From positions 21,000 to 84,999 of IMG/VR virus record IMGVR_UViG_3300028907_000003: a stretch of DNA of 64,000 nucleotides; one strand, 5' to 3'. The position numbers were made by a program, and so were the translations under genes. Positions within the stretch are counted from its first letter, which is position 1, and each line of letters starts with the position of its first letter. The stretch comes from a virus. Lineage: Duplodnaviria > Caudoviricetes. This document shows positions 18,065 to 28,076 of the stretch, one piece after another. The notes beneath the pieces are model-generated. The model saw only the letters and a list, made by a program, of their open reading frames with translations. It was not told where the DNA came from and made no database searches.

Positions 18065-18352
18065 ATGTTCGATGTAGAACCTGAAATAAAGCTAAACGAC
18101 AGCCAGTTGAAAAGGCTGCGCATGGCAATGAAAGACTGTCATTCGCTGGATATAGAATCGCTTATGATCGCCGCAGTTGAAAAATTCTTGCGGGTATATA
18201 ACCAAGCACCGGACCATTGGGAAAGTGTTATTAGAGGTATAAAATCTCTGAATGGCACATCTGATGATGCAGCGATATTTATGGCCGGTTATATGGCAAA
18301 GGTGTTTATAGATGAAATTGAATATCAATATTCGGGAGAGAAATTGACATGA
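18065..18352 (+). CDS. Hypothetical helical protein
   Basis: 95-aa ORF in operon. Confidence 0.6.
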   Translation: MFDVEPEIKLNDSQLKRLRMAMKDCHSLDIESLMIAAVEKFLRVYNQAPDHWESVIRGIKSLNGTSDDAAIFMAGYMAKVFIDEIEYQYSGEKLT

Positions 18353-18505
18353 ATGACGGTATAACTTTGATGATGGCACTCTTAACAGCTGCCATTGCAT
18401 ACCTAGTTGGATTGGCATTAACTGCACTATATTACGGCGTGATAATCGCGCTTATATACAAGTTCTTGGAATGGGTTGGAATCTTGGTAATAGGGATGTT
18501 GTAAA

Positions 18506-18796
18506 ATGAAGACTCCCTCTTCAATTTTATCGCATTCCGAGGATTGGCAAAACGGATCATGGCGGGATTATGACATACATGAACTTGGTATGTGGGTACA
18601 TGTTCTTGTAAAACGAGCTTATCATAGAACTAAAACTAAAGATGCTAAGAAAGATCTGGAAGATGCACAGAATTACTTGAACATGATGCAGGAACACATT
18701 AATCAGGCTAAGGAGGATTTAAATGGCTTGGACTCTATTTTGGGACATGCTCAATCAGGGCCGCTACCGAAAGCTTTTTATAGCTTACGTGCCTAG
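18506..18796 (+). CDS. Hypothetical protein
   Basis: KKDLEDAQNYL helical motif. Confidence 0.65.
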   Translation: MKTPSSILSHSEDWQNGSWRDYDIHELGMWVHVLVKRAYHRTKTKDAKKDLEDAQNYLNMMQEHINQAKEDLNGLDSILGHAQSGPLPKAFYSLRA

Positions 18797-18832
18797 TAGT
18801 GATGCGGTGCGGGAAGAACTGCGCGGGATGGC

Positions 18833-19102
18833 ATGAGCCGTCCTCTCGCACTCAATCACTTGGAGGTAGATTACTTGGAGCAAACACAAATAACCGTTAA
18901 CATCTTTGGGATGGATGATGCTAGACTAGATGCAATTGATCGTGAAGTAGTCACATACCTTATGAAACATGTGATGGAAAGCACGATCACGAATTGCGTG
19001 TCCGAAATTATTAATTATTATGATAATCCCGAAGAACGAGTTTATGCTGCGTATTCGGTTGGTATGCTGATAGGCTATATGAACGGGAGGGTATCAGAAT
19101 AG
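18833..19102 (+). CDS. Hypothetical protein
   Basis: 89-aa ORF followed by a hairpin. Confidence 0.6.
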   Translation: MSRPLALNHLEVDYLEQTQITVNIFGMDDARLDAIDREVVTYLMKHVMESTITNCVSEIINYYDNPEERVYAAYSVGMLIGYMNGRVSE

Positions 19103-19119
19103 AGGCTCGAATAGCCTCT
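19101..19119 (+). terminator. Intergenic hairpin
   Basis: AGAGGCT-CGAAT-AGCCTCT, 7-bp stem, pyrimidine run after. Confidence 0.4.
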
Positions 19120-19140
19120 CTCTCATGGAGATGTATATGC

Positions 19141-19326
19141 ATGATGATCAGATTTGAGTTCAAACATGGTGGATTTATAGAATGTGAAATTGATGTAGAT
19201 CAATCATGGGATGAAGTTGCCACGAAGATATATGAATCGCATTTCATCATTGGTGACAATGACGATGGTTCTATTGGATTTGCATTTCTGAGAAGCGAGC
19301 TTAAGTATATAAGACGGGTGCATTGA
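19141..19326 (+). CDS. Hypothetical protein
   Basis: GGAG RBS. Confidence 0.55.
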   Translation: MMIRFEFKHGGFIECEIDVDQSWDEVATKIYESHFIIGDNDDGSIGFAFLRSELKYIRRVH

Positions 19327-19345
19327 AAAAAACCGGGGGAAATTT

Positions 19346-19543
19346 ATGTTAGGAAACTTGAATGATTTTATAGATATAAAAGAACCAGTAACAGTCGGCC
19401 AATTAATCGAGGTTTTGAAACAATTTGATCCTGACATGCCGGTTGAAATTGGGGCAGAAGGTGTGTTCCAGGGATGGCCAACAAGCGTGCATGTCCAAAC
19501 GACAAATTATGGTAATACTGCAGCTGTTTTGTGGGCTGAATGA
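19346..19543 (+). CDS. Hypothetical protein
   Basis: TVGQLIEVLKQFDPDMPV motif typical of small tailed-virus proteins. Confidence 0.7.
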   Translation: MLGNLNDFIDIKEPVTVGQLIEVLKQFDPDMPVEIGAEGVFQGWPTSVHVQTTNYGNTAAVLWAE

Positions 19544-19724
19544 GGTTAAAAATGATTGAACTTCTAGCTGGAATCGGGTTTATTGGTATACTGGCTTTTG
19601 TTATTAACTCATGGATCGATTGGACGAGTGTTCGAGTAGCATACGACTTGATGTTGGTGTTTTTCGAATTCGTTGATGACATGCAACAGAACTACAAACC
19701 ATGTATTGGTTTTGTGAGGAATCC

Positions 19725-20063
19725 ATGAAGATATATTGGGTTTGCGCCGAACTCTATGGTAAATGCTTTTTCAGGTTTTCATTAGAAGAAGCGCAGCATG
19801 AATGTGATTTCCGCATGGAAGAAAAGAAAAAACCATTAGATGTATTTGGTTGCCCGAAAGGAGAAGACGTTTATGGTGATTGGTATGTTCTAGCGGAAGA
19901 AAAACCTGATGAATTGTTTGGAACATGTCAAAATAAAGATGAGCCTAGATTACCATATCAACCAGATTGCTCAGTTGGGATGATTAGAAAAGATCGAGCA
20001 GGAATCCTATATGATGATGGCACATGTGGAACCTGCCCGTATTTTATAAAACTAGGTGAATAA
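19725..20063 (+). CDS. Cys-containing hypothetical protein
   Basis: ATGA-coupled; C-terminal CGTCPYF. Confidence 0.6.
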   Translation: MKIYWVCAELYGKCFFRFSLEEAQHECDFRMEEKKKPLDVFGCPKGEDVYGDWYVLAEEKPDELFGTCQNKDEPRLPYQPDCSVGMIRKDRAGILYDDGTCGTCPYFIKLGE

Positions 20064-20328
20064 AAACATGGATAAAATTCAAATGGTTTCGATGTATACG
20101 GCATATGACAAAGTAGTGCTGGACACTGCTTGCTTCATGTACCTGGACGGTGTTGACCCGGAGACATCTGCATTCAGCAGACCATCCTTTGATCAGATGA
20201 TGTTTATGAGATGCATGTGGTATCATGATCTGCCGGAAGCTGTAAAGGAAGCTCTGTTTGAGCAAGCCCAAAACGATGTACCTAGAGTGATTGAGCGGCT
20301 GATTAATCCAATACCATTATGGGGATAG
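20056..20328 (+). CDS. Hypothetical protein
   Basis: 90-aa ORF in operon. Confidence 0.6.
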   Translation: MNKNMDKIQMVSMYTAYDKVVLDTACFMYLDGVDPETSAFSRPSFDQMMFMRCMWYHDLPEAVKEALFEQAQNDVPRVIERLINPIPLWG

Positions 20329-20608
20329 GTAATGGCCATACAGTGCGAAAAACGTGGATCCAAGTTTATAGACAATGATGCTTGGGTAGCTGACGATGAT
20401 GGTGATGAGGTCATCGTGATGTACACTTATCAAGAATGCTTGAATTCGTAGAAAACCAGGTATTTTAAGGAGTGAGCATGATATATATAAATTTTTTCAT
20501 TGGATTTGCGCTAATCGGGATGTACATGATGATTCATTCGCCCGTTTGGTGTGGATTCGCCGCATTGATGAGCGCGTTGAGTTTTTGGGCAGGAATATAT
20601 GATGAAAT

Positions 20609-20932
20609 TTGATGGGTGGTAACATGGGTACATGGGAAAAGTGTCCGGATTGTAACAAGACGTTCTTATCACTGGATGTAAAAGATCCAATGGATGTTGT
20701 AGTGCATATCGAGTTACGGGAAGCTCCCCATCCAAAGTTTACCGATTTGCTCAATATGGGTGGTGGAGAGGGTTTTGGAAGTGGTAATGCGTTTGGGAAA
20801 TTGACCGATAAACAGAGGAAGCATTTCCTGACCCATTTATTACGATATGCTAAAATGTTGTTACAGGAAGCCGAAGCGAGATATGACTATGATGTAAGCT
20901 ATGGAATTGATACCGGGAGGATACAGATATGA
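20609..20932 (+). CDS. Hypothetical protein with CPDC motif
   Basis: Coupled to the next gene. Confidence 0.6.
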   Translation: MMGGNMGTWEKCPDCNKTFLSLDVKDPMDVVVHIELREAPHPKFTDLLNMGGGEGFGSGNAFGKLTDKQRKHFLTHLLRYAKMLLQEAEARYDYDVSYGIDTGRIQI

Positions 20933-21216
20933 AAGATGAAATATTCGATACACGCACGTATCGTGAAGAAGTTAATCGAGACATTGCCACAATGGAAGTT
21001 GTAATTGATTCATTTGTAGGTAGTGTAGATAAGGTTGACCAAGTAACGGATGTCGAGAAACTCGAAGAAGATATAAACTACGTTGTATCTAAGAGCACTA
21101 GGTTTATTGGTTATGTAAGTGTATTTAAGATGGATTATGGTATTAAGATAGATTTTAGCCTGATGCCAGCACAGTATACATTTGCTGCATTGGGTACGGA
21201 GAAAATGGATGACTGA
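20929..21216 (+). CDS. Hypothetical acidic protein
   Basis: ATGA coupling; GGAGG RBS. Confidence 0.65.
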   Translation: MKDEIFDTRTYREEVNRDIATMEVVIDSFVGSVDKVDQVTDVEKLEEDINYVVSKSTRFIGYVSVFKMDYGIKIDFSLMPAQYTFAALGTEKMDD

Positions 21217-21388
21217 GCATATTAGTTACATTACTGCTGATCCAACAGTTACCAAATATTGTGTTAAATGCGGGCATTGAATTCCTGGCATGCGACTAAG
21301 CCAGAGCGTGCAGTGTTGGTGTGGTGAATGGATGTACCCGTATTTGACATCAAAGGGTAATGCTAAAATGGTGGTGGATTGCGTATGA
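21209..21388 (+). pseudogene. Zn-finger gene with in-frame TGA at 21278-21280
   Basis: MTEH...CVKCGH*IPG...CWCG...DCV; both ends overlap neighbouring genes. Confidence 0.55.
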
Positions 21389-21608
21389 ATTTATACATAA
21401 GCCCGGTTGATAGTAACGACGATTATATGAAAATCAGAGAAGATGTTTATATAACTGCTTCCAGTAGGATCCTGCGAATAAGATGATCCGCAAGCAGACT
21501 TTAATTATAGTAGGTGCTATCCTGCTACTTATCGTGGGAGTACTTGAAGAATCATCGCTGTATATAATGATTGGAGCATGCACCATTATACAGGAGAGTA
21601 TAATCGGA

Positions 21609-22022
21609 TTAACTAAAGATTAACCCGCAGCCCTCGCATTCCTTTTCATTGTTTCTGTTATAACGCACTATTGAACCACATTCGTTGCAACGTAGCCGCT
21701 GCAGAACCGGTTTTCCATCAATCTCTACCCATTCATCTATCGCGCATCCACAAGATGATGAATGTTCAGCGGGATATTTATGTGTTTTACGTAGGATGTT
21801 TCTATAATTGATAAAGGCTACTTTATCTTGACGACTTTCGAAGAATATGCAGTAATTAGATGTAGTTATGAAGAAATGACGCTTGCCCTTCTTGTATCGT
21901 TTTTTCATTTCTTTAATGTGACATAATTTACAAATTCTTCCTAAATTTCTACGCTTCTTAGATCGGTATTCATTGGATCCATTCAAGTCACAACCGCAAC
22001 AACGGCATAATCTAGTTTCCAT
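21609..22022 (-). CDS. Zn-finger protein with C-terminal TFIIB-like zinc ribbon
   Basis: CRCC..CKLC at the N-terminus; CNECGS...ECEGCGLIF at the C-terminus. Confidence 0.7.
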   Translation of the reverse strand: METRLCRCCGCDLNGSNEYRSKKRRNLGRICKLCHIKEMKKRYKKGKRHFFITTSNYCIFFESRQDKVAFINYRNILRKTHKYPAEHSSSCGCAIDEWVEIDGKPVLQRLRCNECGSIVRYNRNNEKECEGCGLIFS

Positions 22023-22220
22023 ATACCATATATAGGAACTTATTTTATATAAATGTTTCTAATTTACATTAATTATACTATTGTTTATACCGAAAAGCTT
22101 ATAAAGGAATCATGCCTATGGGTAGGGTGGAGGTGCTTGGTTGCAGCGATGTCAAGCATCTACCATCCGTGTGATGCGGGGGCATCGGCAGCTATTAAGG
22201 CTGCACTGCGGGGTATATGT

Positions 22221-22463
22221 ATGTTTGATCCACTAACTACACAAGAAATCGATGCTCTGATCATGAGCAAGAAAACCGGAAAGGTTAAGCGCGGCGTAAA
22301 AGAGATTGCAGTAAGGAACTTTCTAGGCAGTTTGGGACAGGCTGACGACATGGATGGCGAAATGGCCAACATGTATATGGATGCCAGTTTATACCAATGG
22401 AGTCCTGAAACAATCGGTGTAATCCAGCGCGGCATATCCAAGGCGTATTCGAGGGGGAGGTAA
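22221..22463 (+). CDS. Hypothetical protein
   Basis: IAVRNFLGSL...DASLYQWSPETI; start reassigned to ATG 22221. Confidence 0.6.
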   Translation: MFDPLTTQEIDALIMSKKTGKVKRGVKEIAVRNFLGSLGQADDMDGEMANMYMDASLYQWSPETIGVIQRGISKAYSRGR

Positions 22464-22464
22464 G

Positions 22465-22815
22465 ATGGAGTTGTATTTTCCAGGCGGAGGACATATTTCT
22501 GCAAGAGAGGTATCCGTTAGTGGTGTTCCGTGTATGAAAGTGACCGCTGTAGATGGATTCTCATCGGATCCAAGAGATCCGGTGCATATGGTACTATGTT
22601 CAGTTGGATTCATATATGAACCACCCGATGGTACAAAACTGAAAAAACATCATCAAAACGGGCCATCGGTAAGTTATCCAAACAATGATGCCCTGGACCT
22701 CTGGAGCTTTAATACGAGGATCGAGGATGTAATTCCCAAGTTCGTGTTCCGAGAAATCATCGAACATATCAGAAACAGTGTGCCATGGGAAGGTATTGAA
22801 GAGGTTGTAATATGA
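22465..22815 (+). CDS. Stand-alone member of the WxGIEEVVI domain family
   Basis: VSGVPCMKV...F and WEGIEEVVI match 23841, 24548 and 25117. Confidence 0.75.
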   Translation: MELYFPGGGHISAREVSVSGVPCMKVTAVDGFSSDPRDPVHMVLCSVGFIYEPPDGTKLKKHHQNGPSVSYPNNDALDLWSFNTRIEDVIPKFVFREIIEHIRNSVPWEGIEEVVI

Positions 22816-23249
22816 AAGAAATGCTAAAGCTTATAATCAACGGGACAAAGGTTGTGGTTTATGATGATGATACCATAACAATTGATACCCCAAGAAACGT
22901 CGATGTAACCGAGACTGTTATAAGACCGGTGGCCCAAAATAAACCGGGGAATTCCAGATCCGAGTTTATTAAGTATGGTGCTGGTCCATGGGTGCTCAGT
23001 AATAAGGAAGCTCAACAGAAACTGAATAGAGTTACTGGTGATGGATACAAGGCATTTAACAGGGAGCCTATCATCGATGTTGGTAATGATGTGTGGCTGG
23101 TATTGTCCGATACCGATAAGGATAAATACTATGTAGTATACAAAGAGGGGATGAAGCCAAAGTGCTCGTGTCCAAGCTTCCATTTCCATCATAAGGGCAA
23201 TGGGCAGTGCAAACATATCGGGTATTTGGTATCAAAAGCGGTGATTTGA
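22812..23249 (+). CDS. SWIM zinc-finger protein
   Basis: CSCPSF...CKHI. Confidence 0.8.
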   Translation: MKEMLKLIINGTKVVVYDDDTITIDTPRNVDVTETVIRPVAQNKPGNSRSEFIKYGAGPWVLSNKEAQQKLNRVTGDGYKAFNREPIIDVGNDVWLVLSDTDKDKYYVVYKEGMKPKCSCPSFHFHHKGNGQCKHIGYLVSKAVI

Positions 23250-23251
23250 GA

Positions 23252-23536
23252 ATGGAAATCGAGATGTATAAGATAATGGACTCCGATTTGAAGTTTTCAA
23301 GCGGAGGATTGCACCCGATGTTTACGCGGGAAGGCAAAACATGGAACTCGAAGGCCAGACTGCATGCCCACTTTAGACTGCTAAATGAATACGGAATGCT
23401 TAAGAAGTGTTACGATGGATGCCGTATTATTCGCATCAGTCTGAATTTTGAGGAGAATCGGGTAACTGCCGGGGGATGCTCGGTTGATGCCGACGAGTTT
23501 TATCAAAAGCTGGTATCGCCATGCGGGACAAATTAG
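23252..23536 (+). CDS. Hypothetical protein
   Basis: FSSGG..P.F...GKTW...L.AH motif. Confidence 0.65.
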   Translation: MEIEMYKIMDSDLKFSSGGLHPMFTREGKTWNSKARLHAHFRLLNEYGMLKKCYDGCRIIRISLNFEENRVTAGGCSVDADEFYQKLVSPCGTN

Positions 23537-23541
23537 CGGTT

Positions 23542-23844
23542 ATGAAAGGCACAGATATGTTTACCGCCAAAGTAGCACAAAGACGTAAGACTGTAAGAAT
23601 CGGTGGTAAATTAGCCGATCAGCGTATAATCACTGATGTTCGAAATCTAAAAGGAGAGCCGATAACCGATCATTTAGTGTTGACGATTGGTCGAGAAATA
23701 CCCGCTGTGCCTATTGCATATGCCCGGATTGTACCCGGATGTAATATCAAATTTGAGGGAAAGCCGCAAAAGTATACCAGAGCGAATGGAACACAAGATT
23801 ACACATTGTTTGTGAAAAAGTTAGTTGAAAGTAAAATGGAGTGA
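23542..23844 (+). CDS. Hypothetical OB-like protein
   Basis: FTAKV...DV...ITDHL...IKFEG...Y pattern. Confidence 0.6.
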   Translation: MKGTDMFTAKVAQRRKTVRIGGKLADQRIITDVRNLKGEPITDHLVLTIGREIPAVPIAYARIVPGCNIKFEGKPQKYTRANGTQDYTLFVKKLVESKME

Positions 23845-24467
23845 AATGTATGAGTGGAGACTTTAGAGTTGGAGATTTGGTACGCATAACCAAGAGAATG
23901 AAGTCTGGAAGCCCAGGCTGGAATGACATTATGGACAAATATATCGGACAGGTTGCCACAATTAAGAGTATCGAAAATCGTGATTGTGGAAAAGCGCAGT
24001 GGTACTTCATGGAGGAATTCGGGTGGACCTGGACAGACGATGTATTTGAACATGTTATGGTAATCAAGACTGAGAAGGTTATATGTGGCGGGAGGAGGTG
24101 CCGCAAGATCCTTGGGTTTAAGGGTTTCCCGAAGCGGTGTGATGTTAGACCATATATGGGTATCGAAGATGTTGGTCGATGTGGGCGGCATATTGTAGAT
24201 GAATGCGGTAGACCGGAGTGGGAAGGCTATTCTCATCAGCTTGGTGGACCAGATGAACTAATCGGTGACTTCACAGATAGTCAAGCAGCCGGTGTGAATA
24301 TTGGTGGATATTATCTTAATATTCGAACTAATAGTGTGTTCTTGGAAGATACATTCCAGGCTATCCTGAAGCAGATTCAAGAGCGTAAGAATATATACTT
24401 CGAAAATCGCACTTCAATAAAAGCCGAAGTAGTGGATTGGTCTGGTATCGAAGAGGTCGTGATTTAA
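23841..24467 (+). CDS. SH3/KOW-like domain plus WxGIEEVVI domain
   Basis: FRVGDLVRIT; TEKVICGGRRCRKI; DWSGIEEVVI. Confidence 0.8.
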   Translation: MKCMSGDFRVGDLVRITKRMKSGSPGWNDIMDKYIGQVATIKSIENRDCGKAQWYFMEEFGWTWTDDVFEHVMVIKTEKVICGGRRCRKILGFKGFPKRCDVRPYMGIEDVGRCGRHIVDECGRPEWEGYSHQLGGPDELIGDFTDSQAAGVNIGGYYLNIRTNSVFLEDTFQAILKQIQERKNIYFENRTSIKAEVVDWSGIEEVVI

Positions 24468-24551
24468 ATGAGGTTTAGTTTCTCCGACTGGAGAAACAAA
24501 CTTCTTGGTTGGTTACATAGTTGGAAAGGTATCGAAGAGGTTGTAATATGA
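24468..24551 (+). CDS. 27-aa micro-ORF ending WKGIEEVVI
   Basis: Abuts the upstream stop; ATGA-coupled downstream. Confidence 0.55.
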   Translation: MRFSFSDWRNKLLGWLHSWKGIEEVVI

Positions 24552-25120
24552 AGTTTAAAACGGGTGATAGAATCCTAGTGTTACCCAATAGGCAAAGTTG
24601 CCCGGAGGGTATGGGTGTTGTCGTTGATGCCACTGACAAATGGTCAATCCATGTTAAGTTAGATGACCATGACAAAATATTCTGGATAAGCTATGATTGT
24701 TTGAGCTTACAGAAGCCACAATATGCGAGCATTACCACTGAAAAGGTTATGCGCGGTGGGAAAAAATGCCGCAGAATTATTAAGTTCAACAACATCAAGC
24801 AGAGAAGTCAGCTGCCGGAGGAGTATTTCGCAGGTGATAGGTGGTTTTACTTATCAGATAAAAAAGAAAACAGCTACCATGATGTCAAATCAGATGGTAA
24901 GTGTGATTGGCAATTGGGGGGAGCTGTTAATCGTGTTGTACTTGGACCAAATAAGCCCACACTCAATTTAGAGGGGTATTGCCTAATATTCACCGAGAGT
25001 TCGGTGTTACCGGAAGCGGCTTTCCAGAAGATTGTGGCATACATGAGAGAAGCCGGAGAACTGTACAGAAAGGTAAGAATCGCGCGTGAATGGTCTGGTG
25101 TTGAAGAGGTTATACTATGA
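24548..25120 (+). CDS. SH3/KOW-like domain plus WxGIEEVVI domain
   Basis: FKTGDRILV; TEKVMRGGKKCRRI; EWSGVEEVIL. Confidence 0.8.
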   Translation: MKFKTGDRILVLPNRQSCPEGMGVVVDATDKWSIHVKLDDHDKIFWISYDCLSLQKPQYASITTEKVMRGGKKCRRIIKFNNIKQRSQLPEEYFAGDRWFYLSDKKENSYHDVKSDGKCDWQLGGAVNRVVLGPNKPTLNLEGYCLIFTESSVLPEAAFQKIVAYMREAGELYRKVRIAREWSGVEEVIL

Positions 25121-26073
25121 AGATTGGACAGATGGTAAAGATTGTTAAAAAAATTGATATGGCAGAGCGGCCTTGTTGGGTATCAAGTATGGATCAAACT
25201 GTTGGCCATACTGGAACCATACAAGATATTTCAATGAGTGGAAACGCTATTAGGGTACACACTGCTGTTGGTGGATCGTGGTGGTATGCGCCTGAAGCTC
25301 TGGATCCAATATCTGAATATAATGTTGGTGACAAGGTAAAAATTGTAAAGCGAGTAACATCCTATGATGCGCCGTGGTGGGTGACAGACATGGATGCTAC
25401 TGTAGGTGAAGTGGGAGAGGTAATTGAATTAAGTAGTTGCGATAGAACACGATTTAAAGTCAGAACTTCCACTGGTTGTTGGTGGTATGATTTCGCATCT
25501 CTTGAAAAGGTTGTAACACTACCAACAATCGTAACCGAGAAGATTGTTCGCGGTGGAAAGAAGTGCCGCAGGATCGTGTCATTCAAGAACATGCCCACAA
25601 AAGAGTCTTGGGGAGAGTGCCCCAACAAACCATACTATTATGTATGTAAGTCCTATTGTGAGAATGGTTCCAGGCATGATGTTAACACCGAAGGTAAGCC
25701 GTTTTGGAATCATAGCGGATCCGGAGATCAATTCATTGAATTCATGTTTGAAGATGAGCATACGGATATAGATATCCATGTACCGTATCTGACTCTTGAC
25801 GCAGAATCCGTATTCCTGGAGGATACTTTCCAGGCCATCCTAAAACAGCTTAAGATCTGCCAGAGAAAAACAGAAACTAGAGTTCCAGCTGTCCACAGTG
25901 AGAGAGAAATTGGGAGGGTTTGTATGAAATATGGTTATCAGCTGATATCCAGACCAGTGCCTATACTACAGATGTTTAAAGGTGTTAGTATTGGCATGGA
26001 TATGAGTTATGGATCCAATATTACGTTTGGTTTTGTGCCGATGTTCGACAATGAGCATATACCAAGCAATTGA
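25117..26073 (+). CDS. Two SH3/KOW-like repeats plus the family domain with a replaced C-terminus
   Basis: KIGQMVKIVK and YNVGDKVKIVK repeats; TEKIVRGGKKCRRI; FQAILKQ. Confidence 0.8.
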   Translation: MKIGQMVKIVKKIDMAERPCWVSSMDQTVGHTGTIQDISMSGNAIRVHTAVGGSWWYAPEALDPISEYNVGDKVKIVKRVTSYDAPWWVTDMDATVGEVGEVIELSSCDRTRFKVRTSTGCWWYDFASLEKVVTLPTIVTEKIVRGGKKCRRIVSFKNMPTKESWGECPNKPYYYVCKSYCENGSRHDVNTEGKPFWNHSGSGDQFIEFMFEDEHTDIDIHVPYLTLDAESVFLEDTFQAILKQLKICQRKTETRVPAVHSEREIGRVCMKYGYQLISRPVPILQMFKGVSIGMDMSYGSNITFGFVPMFDNEHIPSN

Positions 26074-26085
26074 TCTGACGATTAG

Positions 26086-26625
26086 ATGATCCCGATACGT
26101 GAGCTTACAAAAACGGTTGGTAAGATTACCAACTTGGAATTTTTTAGAAGGATTGATGCAATCGATGTCCGTAAGTCGGGTATTGAAAGTTTAAGGGGTC
26201 CGGATGTAGTTCAGCTATATAGAAATATATATTTACATGATGGACTATATATCGCAAGCGAAGTAATATGGCTTTGGAAATTATTAAAAACTAAAAAAGT
26301 AAGTGTTCCGTATGAACATAAAGTGTATTTGTTAGAATGGAAAGATAATAAGTTTACAATTCGTATGAAGATCAATGATCGGGCTGATTGGCATATGTTG
26401 GCTTGGATCGAGACTCAGCGATATTATGAAAAGTATCCAACCACACGCCATAAGGATGCTATGATCGAGGTGCTGGAAGAGGTCATAGGAATGGACACAG
26501 TGACCATTACGCCACGTAAAAAGAAAAAGCGGTATAAGGGCAAGATCCGAGCAAAAACCCCGCCTAAAAAGGATTTGCTGATGGAAGCCGCCAAACGGAT
26601 TGGGAAAGAGATCCGAAAGGGTTAA
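26086..26625 (+). CDS. Hypothetical protein with basic tail
   Basis: 179-aa ORF, RKKKKRYK. Confidence 0.65.
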   Translation: MIPIRELTKTVGKITNLEFFRRIDAIDVRKSGIESLRGPDVVQLYRNIYLHDGLYIASEVIWLWKLLKTKKVSVPYEHKVYLLEWKDNKFTIRMKINDRADWHMLAWIETQRYYEKYPTTRHKDAMIEVLEEVIGMDTVTITPRKKKKRYKGKIRAKTPPKKDLLMEAAKRIGKEIRKG

Positions 26626-26645
26626 ATACTAGAAAAACCAATATT

Positions 26646-26966
26646 ATGAATATGAGGTTGTTCTGGGTTGGAAACCCCGATTTGGATTTAGGAGTTGCTG
26701 TATTGGCCAGCACGACACATGAAGCAAAACGCTATGCATGGGACGCGAAAGTGTTCCCGGACGATTGGAAATGGGTAGATATTCGGGCCATTTGGGCGCG
26801 AGAAGCAGAATCAGATGGATTTGAACATCGTGGACGAGGATATATACTGAGTTATGAAGAAGGACTTGCTGCTGGAGTGTACTGTGATGAATGTGAGACT
26901 GATGTTGCTGAAGAAGAATCCACAGACGGATTTTGTGATATGGCTCCACAGGCTGCGATGTGCTAG
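26646..26966 (+). CDS. Hypothetical protein, leaderless
   Basis: CCGAAAGGG-TTAAATA promoter just upstream. Confidence 0.6.
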   Translation: MNMRLFWVGNPDLDLGVAVLASTTHEAKRYAWDAKVFPDDWKWVDIRAIWAREAESDGFEHRGRGYILSYEEGLAAGVYCDECETDVAEEESTDGFCDMAPQAAMC

Positions 26967-27185
26967 TGGTACAGTATATGTCAGTGATTATGATCCTAAT
27001 GAAATTGGGTTCCCTGGTAAATGGGATGAGATAATAATTGATCATGATAATTGGTATTACGTGGTCAATAATACGAAAGTGCCTTATAAACCAACGGAAA
27101 CTAGGTTTGAAGGTGCTATAACAAGATGGTGTCATGGTGGACATGATATTTGGACTATAATTGGAGAGAGAGCATGGTTGAAAGT

Positions 27186-27599
27186 ATGAGCCTTAGTAGG
27201 TGCATTGAATTTGCTGTAGATGCGCATAGATACCAATTAGATAAACTTGGAAAGCCGTACATATTACATCCGTTAGCAGTGATGCTACAATGTGAGCCTG
27301 GAGATCAAAAGGTCGCAGTTATGCATGATATATGGGAGGATGTATATGCGCCTAAGTTTATTCGGGTTATGGTGAATCTGACTGAGCCGGAATATGTTGC
27401 ATTAGAAGCTATAACGCATTTACCAAATGAGCCGTATGTCGATTACATTAAGAGGGTAAAAACATCTGATATCGCTACCAGAGTCAAGATCCAGGATGTG
27501 ATCCATAATCAGAGCAGAATGTACGGCTTGCCTGATGATGTTGTTGAGAGAATGACCAAGAAATATATAACTGCTATGAAGATGTTAATGGGTGATTAG
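27186..27599 (+). CDS. HD-domain hydrolase, (p)ppGpp-hydrolase/Mesh1-like
   Basis: AH..Q.DK.GKPYILHP, AVMHDIWED, VKIQDVIHN. Confidence 0.85.
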   Translation: MSLSRCIEFAVDAHRYQLDKLGKPYILHPLAVMLQCEPGDQKVAVMHDIWEDVYAPKFIRVMVNLTEPEYVALEAITHLPNEPYVDYIKRVKTSDIATRVKIQDVIHNQSRMYGLPDDVVERMTKKYITAMKMLMGD

Positions 27600-28076
27600 A
27601 TGGAAGTTACTAAAGAAGATGTTGTCGATGCATCAGAATATATTAGTGCGGGTTTGAATGAATTATTGATTATGCTTGATGATGAAGACGGGGAATTTCC
27701 TGCCACATACAACGATCTGCTGTATTTCTTCCCGCTTAGAGCACTGTCGTGTCCATATTGTGTAGCAGTGAAACGCTTACCCGGAACTCCCTGCATACCA
27801 AATTGTGAATTTGCGATGTCGCATGGGGGATTGGACTGCGACAATCAGGATTCCGTGTGGTGGAGACTTGCTGTTACAAGTCTCTCTAATGATATATACT
27901 ACACCAAATCGGTAAGTAATCAAGCTAAAATTGGACTGCGTGAATTGTGCAAATGTGGGTTCCCGATTTTCACTGATGTTGATCAATTCATGGTAGCTAA
28001 GAAGCAATTGTTAAAAAGCATGATAGAATTTTTCCCGGAGAATGAAGAATCCTTAAAGGTTTTGGAGGAATATTGA
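27600..28076 (+). CDS. Cys-rich paralog 1
   Basis: CPYC..C..CEF..C...S.W motif. Confidence 0.75.
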   Translation: MEVTKEDVVDASEYISAGLNELLIMLDDEDGEFPATYNDLLYFFPLRALSCPYCVAVKRLPGTPCIPNCEFAMSHGGLDCDNQDSVWWRLAVTSLSNDIYYTKSVSNQAKIGLRELCKCGFPIFTDVDQFMVAKKQLLKSMIEFFPENEESLKVLEEY

